The notes beneath the pieces are model-generated. The model saw only the letters and a list, made by a program, of their open reading frames with translations. It ran no database searches and had not been told where the DNA came from. DNA of 64,000 bases from Chiloscyllium plagiosum (lineage: Eukaryota): positions 18,392,488 to 18,456,487 of the forward strand of contig NC_057749.1 of assembly GCF_004010195.1 (NCBI RefSeq). Reading direction: 5' to 3'. Positions 26,276 through 38,115 of the stretch are shown here, piece by piece. The stretch's first letter is position 1. Every line of letters begins with the position of its first letter. The translations under genes were made by a program, and so were the position numbers.

Positions 26276-26813
26276 TCTCAAGTTTGAGTTAGCTGATTCT
26301 GTTTGAATACCAAACCAGGGTTCCTGTCCCAATTTTGCAAGTCTAATATGCAGGGACCTCTGGTGAGGACTGAATTAGATGTGATTGTGCTCTTTGCTAC
26401 AGTTAAATATTTTGCTAACATCTCTCAATCATACTTGGCGACTTGAGTCATTTTGAATGGTGCCCAGCCTGGAGCTGATGGCTGCAGTGTGGGTGGGAAA
26501 ATTTTGAAGTCACTAATTATGTCTGCTTGCTAAGACATGAAGCTTGTAACATTATTTTGCAACATGAAGGATTTTTTTAATCTTGCTTTGTACTCATCAG
26601 GATGAGAGATGTTAGAACTACAGAGTTAAGCCCTCTGGTCCTAGACTCTCCCAGAAGGGGAAGCAGCCTTTCCACAAATACCCTGTCAACACCCCAAAGA
26701 ATTTTATACTGACACCAGGGTGTCAGTAAGGTTGCCTCTTGTTCTTCTATATTCCAGTGGGTCCAGGTGCAATCTACCCAACCTTTCCATGAGACAGCCC
26801 TTTCCTACTTGTT

Positions 26814-27177
26814 TCCTCATTTCCCCTTTCCCCCACCTCACCCCAGCACCAACCTTCCAGCTCAGCACTGTCCTCATGACCTGTCCTACCTGCCTATCTT
26901 CCTTTCCACCTATCCTCTCTACCCTCCTCTCTGACCTATCACCTTCATCTCCACCCCCATTCACCCATTGTACTCTTATGCTACTTTCTCCCCATTACCA
27001 CCCCCTCTTATTTATCTCTCCACTCTGCAGGCACCTTGCCTCTAATCCTGATGAATGGCTTTTGCCCGAAACGTCGATTTTCCTGCTCCTCAGATGCTGC
27101 CTGACCAGCTGTGCTTTTCCAGCACCACTCTAATCTAGACTCTGGTTACCAGCATCTACAGCCCTTGTTTTTACCTA
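26814..27177 (+). mobile_element. Penelope-like terminal (pLTR) insertion with 15-bp TSD
   Basis: Collinear with 18478-18723; perfect direct repeat cctttcctacttgtt at 26799-26813 and 27178-27192. Confidence 0.9.
27044..27079 (+). ncRNA. Minimal hammerhead ribozyme motif, nearly intact, sense to the host gene
   Basis: AATC-CTGATGA-A-TGGC-TTTT-GCCC-GAAAC-GTC-GATT: 4-bp helix I, full core, palindromic ACGT stem III; one mismatch at the base of stem II. Confidence 0.75.
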
Positions 27178-28189
27178 CCTTTCCTACTTGTTATCAGTGA
27201 AGTGAACATGCCGTGGAGGGCCTCCAGTGTTAGCATACCTTTCCTTGGATAAGGGACCCAGAAACTATAGAATTCTTGTAGTGGTCTGACTAGTGTCTCA
27301 TGTAGTTTGAGTAATATCTCCCAACTTTTACACTCCATTCCATTTGAAGTAAACACTGACTTTCTGTTTGCCTTCTCTATTATCCACTGTCTTTGGATGC
27401 TAGCTTTGTGTAACTCATGGTTGGGGACTTCCAAATCCCTCGGTTCTGTAGCTTTCTGCAGTCTTTCTCCATTGAAATAATATATAGTTCTGACATTGTT
27501 ATCTGATTGATAGTCATAGAGGTGTACAGCATGGAAACAGACCCTTCGGTTCAACCCGTCCATGCCGACCAGATATCCCAACCCAGTCAAAAGGAATCCA
27601 ATTGAAGAGGCTCGTTTCTCCCACAGCTGCAGCATTTTTATAACCATTGATTGAAGCATTCACTCTTCTAATCTCCCTATCATGTTATTTCCAGAGTTGG
27701 AGTCAGGAGTGTCCTAGAATTTCAATTCCTAAAGACTGCACAACAATGCAGGATGTAAATAACTTTACGTCTGGTTTTGAGAGTCTGAATTGGCTGCCTC
27801 AGGGTGGGCGGAGGGTGTTGGGGAAGGCAGAGAACGAGTGATGTAGCTCATTCTTCAAATGTTTCTGTAAGCATCTTGATGGGGGGGGGGGGCTTGATTT
27901 TGATTGAAACTATTCCACAGTGGAAGGCCAGTTGTGAATGTGAGTAAATCTTTCTAATTTCTGCATTGAGAATTCAGTGCCTTAATGTTGTAGCTGCAAG
28001 GTCATGGATTATGAAACTGTTCTCGTGTTTTTATATTTATTTCTCACCAGGGTGCTCCTGATATATGTAGGTATTTTGTTTGCAGCTTGTTGAAGCCCTG
28101 GAATCTAAGCTGGCATGACAATAGCATTTAAAATATGTATGAAGGAGTGATTACTCATGATTAATGCTTGTTCAACTTTTGTTTCCCAG

Positions 28190-28415
28190 CAGATGGACTC
28201 CCCTGCCTCCACACCGGCTCCCCCACCCCTTCATCTTCTGCCTCCCGTCAGTAGTGGCGTTGCTTCCCCTGTGGAGCAGATCATGGTCCGCACCCGTTCC
28301 ATTGCAGTCAATACCTGTGACGTTGGACTCGCAACAGAGCCTGAATGCCTAGGGCCCTGTGAACCAGGGACAAGTGTCAATCTCGAAGGGATTGTCTGGC
28401 AGGAAACGGAGGATG
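28190..28415 (+). CDS. ZNF609: Internal coding exon of zinc finger protein 609 (ZNF608/ZNF609/brakeless family)
   Basis: Acceptor ttttgtttcccag, donor G|gtaaga; 226 nt, phase 0 to phase 1; encodes [85 protein letters not shown] and WQETEDG match my recollection of ZNF609 better than ZNF608 (WHETEEG). Confidence 0.9.
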
Positions 28416-28589
28416 GTAAGAAAATAACAATTTATGAGATTCCTTGGTATTTAGAGTTGTTATTGCATTGAAAGAACCTTTAATTTTCATTGAGGAAGTC
28501 ATGCCCTTTTGGAGGGTGGTGCAAACGTCATGCCTTCTGCACCATAACAGTTCTCTTATTCTGTACTGACTGAACCTGGAATATATGAC

Positions 28590-31510
28590 GTATGGACAAG
28601 GAACAGGAGTAGGCCACTTGGTCCTTCGATTCTGCTCTGCCATTCAATAAAATCACAGCTGATATGATTTTAACTTCAACTCTGCATACTGCAGATAATC
28701 TTGGGCACCAAAAATCTATCAATCTCTGCCTTTAAATATTTTCAAAGATTGTGCAGCCATTGCTTTTTGAGGAAGGGAATTCCAAAGACACTCAGTCCTT
28801 AGATTTTTTTCCCCACTCATGTATGACCTAAATGGGCAGTCCCTTATTTTTAAACAATGACCGCCTAGTTCTAGCTTCTCCCACAAGAGGTGAAAATCTT
28901 TCCGTATCCACACAGTCCTTTCAGGATCTTGTGTGTTTCAAGTAAGTCACCTTTGACTCTATAAACGCTCAGGGATACAAGTCTATGCTCCATAGTCTTT
29001 CCTCATAAGGAAGTTGGTTTATTCCAGGTATTAATCTAGGAAACCTTCTCTGAAGTGCTTTCAACACATTAACATTATTCGGTAAGTACCGTACTAGGTA
29101 CTGTACCTAATACTCCAGATGTGGTCTGATGAGTGCCCTGTGTAACTGACGCATAATCTTTGTATTTTTACAATCAGTTTCCCTCACAATGAAACATGAT
29201 ATTCGATTTGCTTCCCTGACTACTTGCTTTCCTGCACACAAACCAATAGCAATTCACACGCCAGAACACCCAGATTCCTGCACCTCAGAGCTCTAAACTC
29301 TCTCACGATTTAAATAGTATGCTTTTTTATCCCTTCTGCCAAAATTGACAATTTTATACTTTCCGATATTATACCCAATTTTCCAGAACTTTGCCCACTT
29401 GCTTAACCTTCCCAATTCCCTTTGTAGTCTCCTTATCTCCTCTTTGTAGCTCACTTTCCTACCTATGTTTGCTTCATCAGCAAATTTCCCTTCATCCAAA
29501 TCATTTTTATGAATTATAAAGTGTTGAGGCCCCAAAATTGATAAACCACTTGTTCCATCCTGCCAGTCTGAAGAAGGCTCCCATTCCTATTCTCTGCTTT
29601 GTGTTAGCCAGAAAGCATCTTTCTGTGCCAATATGTTACCACTATTAATCTGGGGACCTGGTTTGACACCTTTTATGACAGATCATGGAATTCGAATTGA
29701 ACTTTTAAAAAAAATATGGAATTAAAAGTTTAATGCTGACCATAAAACTATTGTTGATTGTCAGGAAAAACCCATCTTGGAAAAGGAAATTGTCATCTTT
29801 ACCTGGTGTGACTGACATGTGACTCCAGTCCCAAATATTGGTGGTTGACTCTCGACCCCTCTGAATAATTAGGGATGGGCATGAATGCTGTCCTAACCAG
29901 TGATGCCCACATCCTGTGAATTAAGTTTTATAAAGTTACCCCACCATGTGCTTTTATTCTCTGCAATGACCTTTGATGAGACACCTTCTCAAATGCAATC
30001 TGGAAATCGAAATACAATACAGCCTTTGGTTAATCTCTGTCTATTTCAAAGAACTCTAATAAATTTCTGAATACCTTAAACTTATCCAAGTGCCCTATTA
30101 TAACATCTTTAATAATAGCACCTAACACTTTCGCTGTGCCAGATGTTACGCCAACTGGCCTCTGGTTTCCTTTTTTTTGAATAAAGGAGTTAGTTATTTT
30201 CGAATCTAAAGGAGTATTCCTGAATCTAATGAATTTAGGAAAATTTAAAGCTAACACATCAACTATCTCACAATCTACTTCTTAGGACCTTAGAGTGAAA
30301 TTGTCAGTCTTGCTGTTCTACCAGTTCACTCCGTACTACTTCCCATGTGATTGTAATTTTTGTGGGTACCTCCATCCCTTTCGATTCCTGATTTACGGCT
30401 ATTTCTAGCATGCTACTTGTGTCCTCTGTAGCAAAGACTGATGCAAAATACCACACCATTCACCTGCCATCTTTTTACCCACCATTACTATTCCCCAGCT
30501 CATTTTCAATAGACCCAACACTCACTTTTTTGAAGTTCATTTCTTTTTTAAATATCTAATGAAACCTTTCCTATCTGATTTGGTATTTTTGGTGAACTTC
30601 CTCTTACATTTTAATTTTTCTCTTCCTATTGCTCTTTTTAATTCTTTGCTCCTTTTTATGTTCTGTCCAGTCACCTAACTTGTCAAGTACCTTCATACGT
30701 GTCCTCTGTGATCTGTTTGAGATTGATGCTATCTATGACTTTTTTTAGTTAATCACAGATGACAAGTCTTCCATTAATATGTTTATTATCTGTTAGACTG
30801 TATCTGTTCGGTGCATTGTGGAGTATTCTGTTGACTGTTTGCCCATGTGTCTCTATAAAATAGTCTTGGACCCACACTTCTCTCCCTTAAACTGTGTAAA
30901 ATTTAATCATATTATGGTCGCTGTTACCCAGGGATGCTTTCATTGTGAGGTCACCAATTAATCCTACCTCATTGATCAAAACCAGGTCTCGTATAACTTT
31001 TTCTGGTTGGTGCCATAACATGTTAGCCAAAGAAATTGTACCACAAACATTCGATGAGTTCCTCATCTAGACTTCTTGATCCCTTCTGATTTTCCAGTCT
31101 ATATGTATGTTAGAATCCCCTATGATAAATACTGTCCTCTCTTCTGACAAGCTCCCATTATTTCCATCCAACCACGTGGTTTTTGTTCAGGTACCTGTAC
31201 ACAGATCTCACAAGTGACCACCTGACTTTGTCATTCATCATCTCTACTCAGATTACACCTGTATCCTAGTTTCCTGAATGTAGGTCAACCCTCTCTATTG
31301 TGCAAAAATCATTTTTAATTAAAAGAGCTACTCAACCTTTCCTAGCCTCCTGTCCTTCTTAAATATCTCAGACTGTTAAATTTTAGGTTCCAAACTAGGT
31401 CATCCTGCAGCCATGTCTTAGTAATGGCCACTTAGATAATATTTATTTATCTCAATTTACGTGACTATTTCATCTGTTTTGTTTGGAATGATACATGCAT
31501 TCAAATGGAG
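28590..31510 (-). mobile_element. Old CR1 LINE (3' UTR to endonuclease region), decayed
   Basis: 3' UTR ggaacaggagtaggccact at the left; minus ORFs NDLDEGKFADEANIGRKVS, CLWNSLPQKAM and GNQRPVGVTS. Confidence 0.8.
29640..29930 (+). mobile_element. SINE of a second family nested in CR1
   Basis: Shares aggaaa...tacctgg...tgtgactccag...ggttgactct with 39795-40065; ends in the attagggatgggc...gcccacatcctgtgaat tail. Confidence 0.65.
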
Positions 31511-32479
31511 GTCTGGCAGGCACTGAAGTCAAGCAGGTTGTGGCCTGTAGACCTTTTAAAATAAAACTGTGAAGCATTGCGTCATGAAACATTTAGCAGC
31601 TTGATGTCCAGAGCTTGTCTGATCAATGTGTAAAATACAGATGTGTGCACTGTGCCCTTCTGGTTGTTATATTTGGGACATTGCCCATTATTAAAGTGGC
31701 CATTTCAAATATGGCCTTCAAAAAGCCAGGCGCATCCATCTTGGATTTCATAAAGTCAGGTAAACTCGTATTTATATTTCTTGTTTTAAATCCTCTACCT
31801 AAAGATTCTGACTGTTCCTTCAGTTGAAGCAACGGAGTTGAGCCTTGTTTTATGATGTGTGTCCTCAGCAGTGTACATAGTTTCTAATTGACGTGTTGAG
31901 ACATGTTATTACTCAACTCTGCAGAAGGTGGGCCTCTCCTAGCTCTCTCACTACCACTGTGCCACAAAAACCACATGCACGTGTTGTAAGGTGAGATGTT
32001 GCAGGAGCACGTGAGAGTTGCGTGTTTATGGCAAACCAGCGAAATGTAGGAAGTGTTAGTATGTGGCATTGCATGAATGTGGTTCAGATGGAGCTTGAAC
32101 CTTGCTCCTTAACCAGCTGGTGCAAAAGGATAAGCTTTAGTGTAAATCACTTGATGATGGTCAAAGTTAAAACCTATGTAGTCAGTGTGTTGTTTTTGGC
32201 AGGTGAAGAAAGAACTTGCAGTCTTTTTTTACAGCCATATAATTACTTTGTTGAAATGTAGTGACTGTTATGTGAAAAACACGTGAAGGGAGATCCCACT
32301 CAAAATATGGTAATAACAGTTTCAGTGAAAAGTCATCATCCTCAAACGTTAACTCTGGGTTCCTTGGCAGATGCTGCTTGACCTGCTGAGTACTTACAGC
32401 AATTTTAGTTTTTATTGAGGGTGGTAATCTGTTTTTGTGATGTTAGTTCACATATCTACTTATGTCCATCCTTATACAC

Positions 32480-33080
32480 TCACGACTGCGTGGCCAAATG
32501 CTGACCCATGTCCATTTGCAAGTTTGTTGATGACACCACTGTTGTATGCAGGATCTCCAACAATGACAGAATATTGGAAGGAGATTGAGCAGCATGGTGG
32601 AAAGACAAATATCTCCATCAATGTCAGCAAACTGAAGGAGGAGCTGGTCATTGACTTCAGGAAGTGGAGTGAGTGCATGCCCCTGTCTGCATCAATGGTG
32701 CTTTGGTGAACATAGTTGAGAGTGCCTAGTTGCTGGGAGTGGCGATCTGTCCTGGTTGACCCATGTCGACATGGCAGTCAAGAAAGCACCACAATGTTTT
32801 TACTCCCTCAGGGGCTTAAGGAAATTCGGCATGTCCACAAAGACACTTAGCAATTTTTGTAGATGCATCACGGAAAGCATCCAGTCTGGATGCATTACAT
32901 GATATAGAACTGCCTTTCCCAAGATCAAAAGAAACTACAGAGAATCGTGAACACAGCCCAATCCACTACACAACTGGTCTTCCATCAATTGACTCCAAAT
33001 ACACTTTCCACTGCCTTGGGAAAGCAATCAACATAATCAAAGAACCCTCCCCTCTCTTCCACCCTGAATTGTTGGGCAGG
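32480..33080 (+). mobile_element. Rex1/Babar-type LINE RT C-terminal fragment
   Basis: KFVDDTTVVCRISNND, INVSKLKEELVIDFRK and CITESIQSGCIT are Rex1-like motifs. Confidence 0.75.
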
Positions 33081-33955
33081 TCCCTTGTAAATCTTTCCCC
33101 TCTCACCTTAAACCTATGCCCTCTAATTTTGGACTCCCCTATCCTGGGGAAAAAGTCCTGGGCTATTCACCTTATCTGTACCCCTTATGATTTTATAAAC
33201 CTCTAAAAGGTCACTCCTCAGCTTTATACACTCCAAGGAAAAATGTCTCAGCCTATCCAGCCTAATTTTATAACTCAAATCTTCCAGTCTCACTAACTTC
33301 CTTGTAAATCTTTTTTGCATCCTTTCCAGTTTAATAGCATCCTTCCTATAGCACGGTGACCAGAATTGTACGCACTGCTCTAAATGTATCTTCACCAATG
33401 TCTTGTACAGCTGTTCGAACCCAGTTTTGATTCCAGCCTTGGGCAACTGTCTGTGTGGAGTTTGCACTTTCTCCCCGTGTCTGCGTGGGTTTTCTCCGGG
33501 TGCTTCGGTTTCCTCCTACAATCCAAAGATGTGCAGGTCAGGTGAATTGGCCATGCTAAATTGCCCATAGTGTTAGGGATATGTAGGTTAGGTGCATTAG
33601 TCAGGGGTAAATGTAGAGTAATAGGGTAGGGGAATGGATTTAGGAGGGTTACTAAGGATTCTAAGTATTCTAGGTAACGTGACATCCCCACTCCTGTACT
33701 CAGTGCTCTGATCAATAAAGGCAAGCATGCTAAACGCCTCCTTCACCCCTTGTCTGCCTGTGGTGCCACTTTCAAGGAACTGTGTACCAAGACCCCTAGG
33801 ACTGTCTGTTCAACAACACACTCCAGGGCCCCACCATTAACATGTAAATTCTGTCCTGGTTTGACTTAACAAAATGCAACACCTTGCATTTATCCGAATT
33901 AAACACTATTTGTCATTCCTTGCCCCACTGGCCCAGTTGATGAAGATGCCCTTGT
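33081..33955 (-). mobile_element. CR1/HER1 3' fragment interrupted by a SINE
   Basis: Minus ORF QLYKTLVKIHLEQCVQFWSPCYRKDAIKLERMQKRFTR. Confidence 0.85.
33412..33655 (+). mobile_element. HE1-type V-SINE, truncated
   Basis: ctgtctgtgtggagtttgcac...ggccatgctaaattgccc core. Confidence 0.85.
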
Positions 33956-34424
33956 CCTATTGTAAAGATGTCGAAAGTCAAAGATAGTATTGTGTCTAGT
34001 ATATATTTCTTTCCTCTCAATGTGGTTCTCAAAAAGAGATGTTGCATAACAGTGGAATTGCTACTCTTATTGAAAGTTGTCTGATTTCAGACTGCTTAGC
34101 AGGATGGTGAGGCACAGGCTGATGCTGGCTGAGTTGACCTGTTGAGATAGAGTGGTGAGTGGCTGTCATATTCATTTATGGATAATAGGAAATTTTGCTT
34201 TACTTTAATGGCACATATTAATACAGTGGTTCTGCCTGAATTGGCGTATTGATTCCATTTCATACAGAATACGATGAAGACACTAAACAGGATGCAGAAA
34301 ATGTGAAGGCATTATATAGGGTGCAGCAGGGAATGGTTCATGTTATGAGGGATTTCATTGTAACATGGCAGTACTGAGTGTGACAGTTTGCTACATCCCA
34401 TCATATCATCTACTTTGCTGACTG

Positions 34425-34790
34425 TGCTGTGAGAGTTATGAAGGTAGATTGGCTTTTTCCTGCAGAAGAGAACATTGAGAGGAAATTTGATGGAGGTCTT
34501 TAAAGTCTTGAGGGTCTGGGCAGAGTAGATAGAGAGAGACAGTTCCAGTGGTGAAAGTTTTGAGAATACGAGGGCACAGATCTAAGAGAATTAGCAGAAG
34601 AAATAGCAGGGCATGAGGCAACTTATTTTACACAATGAATGATTCGAGTTTGGAATGCACCGTGGTGGTGGAGGCAGATTCAACTTAGGCTTTCGAAAGG
34701 AAATTGAATCATTTCTTTAAAAAGGGAAAAAATTGTATTAGTGGGGAAAAGACAGAGTTGAAATGATGGTGGCTTTGGGCCGAATGGAAT
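34425..34790 (+). mobile_element. Old CR1 3' end
   Basis: agttatgaaggtagattgg...acgagggcacaga...tggaatgcac. Confidence 0.6.
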
Positions 34791-35087
34791 GGCGTCAACA
34801 TTATAAATAAACAAATTGTTGGGAGAGACAGCTCCTTAATTTTATGACGTGACATTAGATATTTCCAGCTAATATATATCTCAGAGGCAGTAATGAGTTA
34901 TGAGTTTTCTCTTTGTAATATTCAGGATTGTAAGCAAACTAAAGTAGAATTTATCTCTCCATTAATGGATATTGCAGCTTTAGTTCCAGTTGTTACTTGA
35001 CTGTTATATAGCGAGTAGAAAGATGTTCCAGTTTTGGATTTGTGACTCATGGAGGTTGGTCCTAATCTGATTAAATGCTGTTGGATA

Positions 35088-35310
35088 GAGTTTGCACATT
35101 CTCCCCGTTTCTGCGTGGGTTTCCTCCGGGTGCTCCAGTTTCCTCCCTCAATCCAAAGATGTGCAGGTCAGGTGAATTGGCCATGCTAAATTGCCCATAG
35201 TGTTAGGTGCATTAGTCAGAGGAGGGTGGGTTGCTGTTCAAAAGGTCAGTGTGGACTTGTTGGGCTGAAGGGACTGTTTCCACACTGTGGGGAATCTAAC
35301 CTAATCTAAT
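35088..35310 (+). mobile_element. HE1-type V-SINE, 5' truncated
   Basis: V core and (ctaat)n tail. Confidence 0.88.
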
Positions 35311-36010
35311 CAAGATGGTTTCTCAATTTCCCTCTGACTATTAGGGGGTCTACAATACAATCCCAATAAGGTGATCATCTCTTTCTTATTTCTCAGTTCC
35401 ACCCAAATAACTTCCCTGGATGTATTTCCAGGAATATCCTCCCTCAGTACAGCACTAATGCTATCCCCCTCCTCTCTTGCCTCCCTTTCTATCCTTCCTG
35501 TAGCATTTGTATCCTGGAATATTAAGCTGCCAGACCTGCCCATCTCTGAGTCATGTTTCTGTAATTGCTATGTCATTCCAGTCCCATGTTCCTTACCATG
35601 TCCTGAATTCATCTGCCTTCCCTGTTCAGCCTCTTGCATTGAAGTAAATGTAGCTTTATTTATCAGTCCTACCTTGCTCACTCTAGGAAAATGAGGACTG
35701 CAAATGCTGGAGATCAGACTTGTAGAGTGTGGTGCTGGAAGAGCGCAGCTGGTCAGGCAGCATCTGAGGAGCAGGAGAGGCAATGTTTTGAGCAAACCTG
35801 ATGAAGAGCTTATGCTCGAAATGTCAACTCTCCTGCTCCTCAGCTGCTGCCTGACCGGCTGTGATTTTCCAGCACCACACTCTTCAACTACCTGTTCTCT
35901 GCTTTGTTCCAGCCTACCCTAATTGTTTGGCTCGCTCCTTTTCTCAACTGTACCAATCTCAGATTGATCTCCTTCTTCACTATTTCCCTGGGTCCAACCC
36001 CACCCTCCCC
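35311..36010 (-). mobile_element. Inverted CR1 endonuclease segment (probable 5' inversion of the element at 36030-38115)
   Basis: Minus ORF ...SREVIWVELRNKKEMITLLGLYCRPPNSQREIEK is an APE-endonuclease motif; abuts the plus-strand ORF2. Confidence 0.8.
35686..35887 (+). mobile_element. Palindromic mini-Penelope element with central hammerhead
   Basis: Inverted arms around ctgatgaa-gagc-ttat-gctc-gaaatgtc (35798-35825); imperfect flanking repeat ctaccttgctcact / ctacctgttctct. Confidence 0.85.
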
Positions 36011-36029
36011 CCATCAATCTGTCCTTTCA

Positions 36030-38115
36030 AAAGCTATAGATGGGATAGATGTTCGCAGGTAAAGGGATGGCTAGAAAATTGGAATCTGTCAAAAATGAAA
36101 TTATAAGTATTCAGAGACAGTATATTCCTGTTAGGGTGAAAGGAAAGGCTGGTAGGTGTAGGGAATGCTGGATGACTAAAGACATTGAGGGTTTGGTTAA
36201 GAAAAAGAAGGAAGCATATGTCAGGTATAGACAGGAGAGAGGCAGTAGGAGAATACTTAAGAGGGAAATCAGGAGGTCAAAAAGAGGACATGAGATAGCT
36301 TTAGCAAGTAGTGTTCAGGAGAATCCAAAGGGATTTTATAAATACATTAAGGACAAAAAGGTAACTAGGGAGAGAATAGGGCCCCTTAAAGATCAACAAG
36401 GCACCCATGTGTGGAGGCGCAGGAGATGTAGCAGATACTAAACAAGTATTTTACATCAGTGTTGACTGTGGAGAAGGACATGGAAGATATAGAAAGTGGG
36501 GAAATAGATGTTGACATCTTGAAAAATTTCCATATTACAGAGGAGGAAGTGCAGGATGTCTTGAAACATAAAAGTGGATAAGTCCCCAGGACCTGATCAG
36601 GTATATCCTAGAGCTCTGTGGGAAGCTGGGAAAGTGATTTCTGGGCCCCTTGCCTGAGATATTTGTATCATCGATAGTCACAGGTGAGGTGCTGGAAGTT
36701 GGCTAACGTGGTGCCACTGTTTAAGAAAGGTGGGAAGGAAAAGCCAGCCTGACATCGCTGGTGGGCAAGTTGTTGGAGGGAATCCTGAGGGACAGGATTT
36801 ATATGTATTTGGAAAGGCAAGGACTGGTCAGCATGGCTTTGTGCATGGTAAATCATGTCTCACAAACTAGATTGAGTTTTTGAAGAAGTAACAAAGAGGA
36901 TTGATGAGGGCAGAGCGGTAGATGTGAACTATATGGACTTCAATAAGGTGTTTGACAAGGTTCCTCGTGGGAGACTAGTTAGCAAGGTTGGATCTCATGG
37001 AATACAGGGAGAACTAGACATTTGGATAGAGAACTGGCTGGAATATAGAAGACAGAGGGTGGTGATAGAGGGTTGCTTTTCAGACTGGAGGCCTATTACC
37101 AGTGGAGTGCCACAAGGATCAGTGCTGGGTCCACAACTTTTCGTCATTTATATAAATGATTTGGATGTGAGCATAAGAGGTATAGTTAGTAAGTTTGCAG
37201 ATGACACCAAAATTGGAGGTGTAGTGGACAGTGAAGAAGGTTACCTCAGAGTACAATGGGATCTTGACCAGATGGGCCAATGGGCTGAGAAGTGGCAGAC
37301 GGCATTTAATTTCGATAAATGTGAGGTGCTGCATTTTGGAAAAGCAAATCAGAGCAGGACTTATATGCTTAATGGTAAGATCCTGGGAAGTGTTGCTGTA
37401 CAAAGACCTTGAAGTGCAGGTTCATAGCTCCTTGAAAATAGAGTTGCAGGTAGATAGTATAGTGAAGAAGGTATTTGGTATGCTTTCCCTTATTGGTCAG
37501 AGTACTGAGTACAGGAGTTGGGAGGTCATATTGCAGCTGTACAGGACATTGGTAAGGCCACTGTTGGAATATTGCATGAAATTCTGGTCTCCTTCCTGTT
37601 GGAAAGATGTTGTGCAATGTGAAAGGGTTCAGAAAAGATAAACAAGGATGTTGCCAGGGTTGGAGGATTTGAGCTATAGGTAGAGGTTGAATTGGCTGGG
37701 GCTGTTTTCCCTGGAGCGTCGGAGGCTGAGGGGTCACCTTATAGAGGTTTACAAAATTATGAGGGGCATGGATAGGATAAATAGGCAAAGTCTTTTCCCT
37801 GGGGTTGGGGAGTCCAGAACTAGAGCGCATAGGTTTAGGGTGAGAGGGGAAAGATATAAAAGAGACCTACGGGGCAACATTTTCACACAGAGAGTGGTAC
37901 GTGTATGGAATGAGCTGCCAGAGGAAGTGATGGAGGCTGGTACAATTGCAACGTTTAAAAGACGTCTGGATGGGTGAATGAATAGGAAGGGTTTAGAAGG
38001 ATGTGGGCTAAATGCTAACAAATGGGACTAAATAAGGTGAGGAAATTTGTTCAGCATGGACGAGTTGGACTAAAGGGTCTCTTTCCGTGCTGTACATTTC
38101 TATGACTCGATGACT
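36030..38115 (+). mobile_element. CR1/HER1 LINE ORF2 (linker and RT) with 3' UTR, frameshifted
   Basis: ENPKGFYKYIK, DFNKVFDKVP, SGVPQGSVLGP, SKFADDTKIGG and VWNELPEEV; tail tctatgactcgatgact. Confidence 0.95.

Larger units (their letters stand above)
26625..27505 (-). mobile_element. Old CR1 RT-tail fragment, host of the Penelope insertion at 26814
   Basis: Minus ORF 27171-27659 contains NGERLQKATEPRDLEV...LHETLVRPLQEFYSFWVPY. Confidence 0.7.

Noticed and set aside
28157..28471. 104-aa ORF as a stand-alone gene
   Set aside because: Only 28190-28415 is bounded by splice sites and matches the family; the rest is intron read-through
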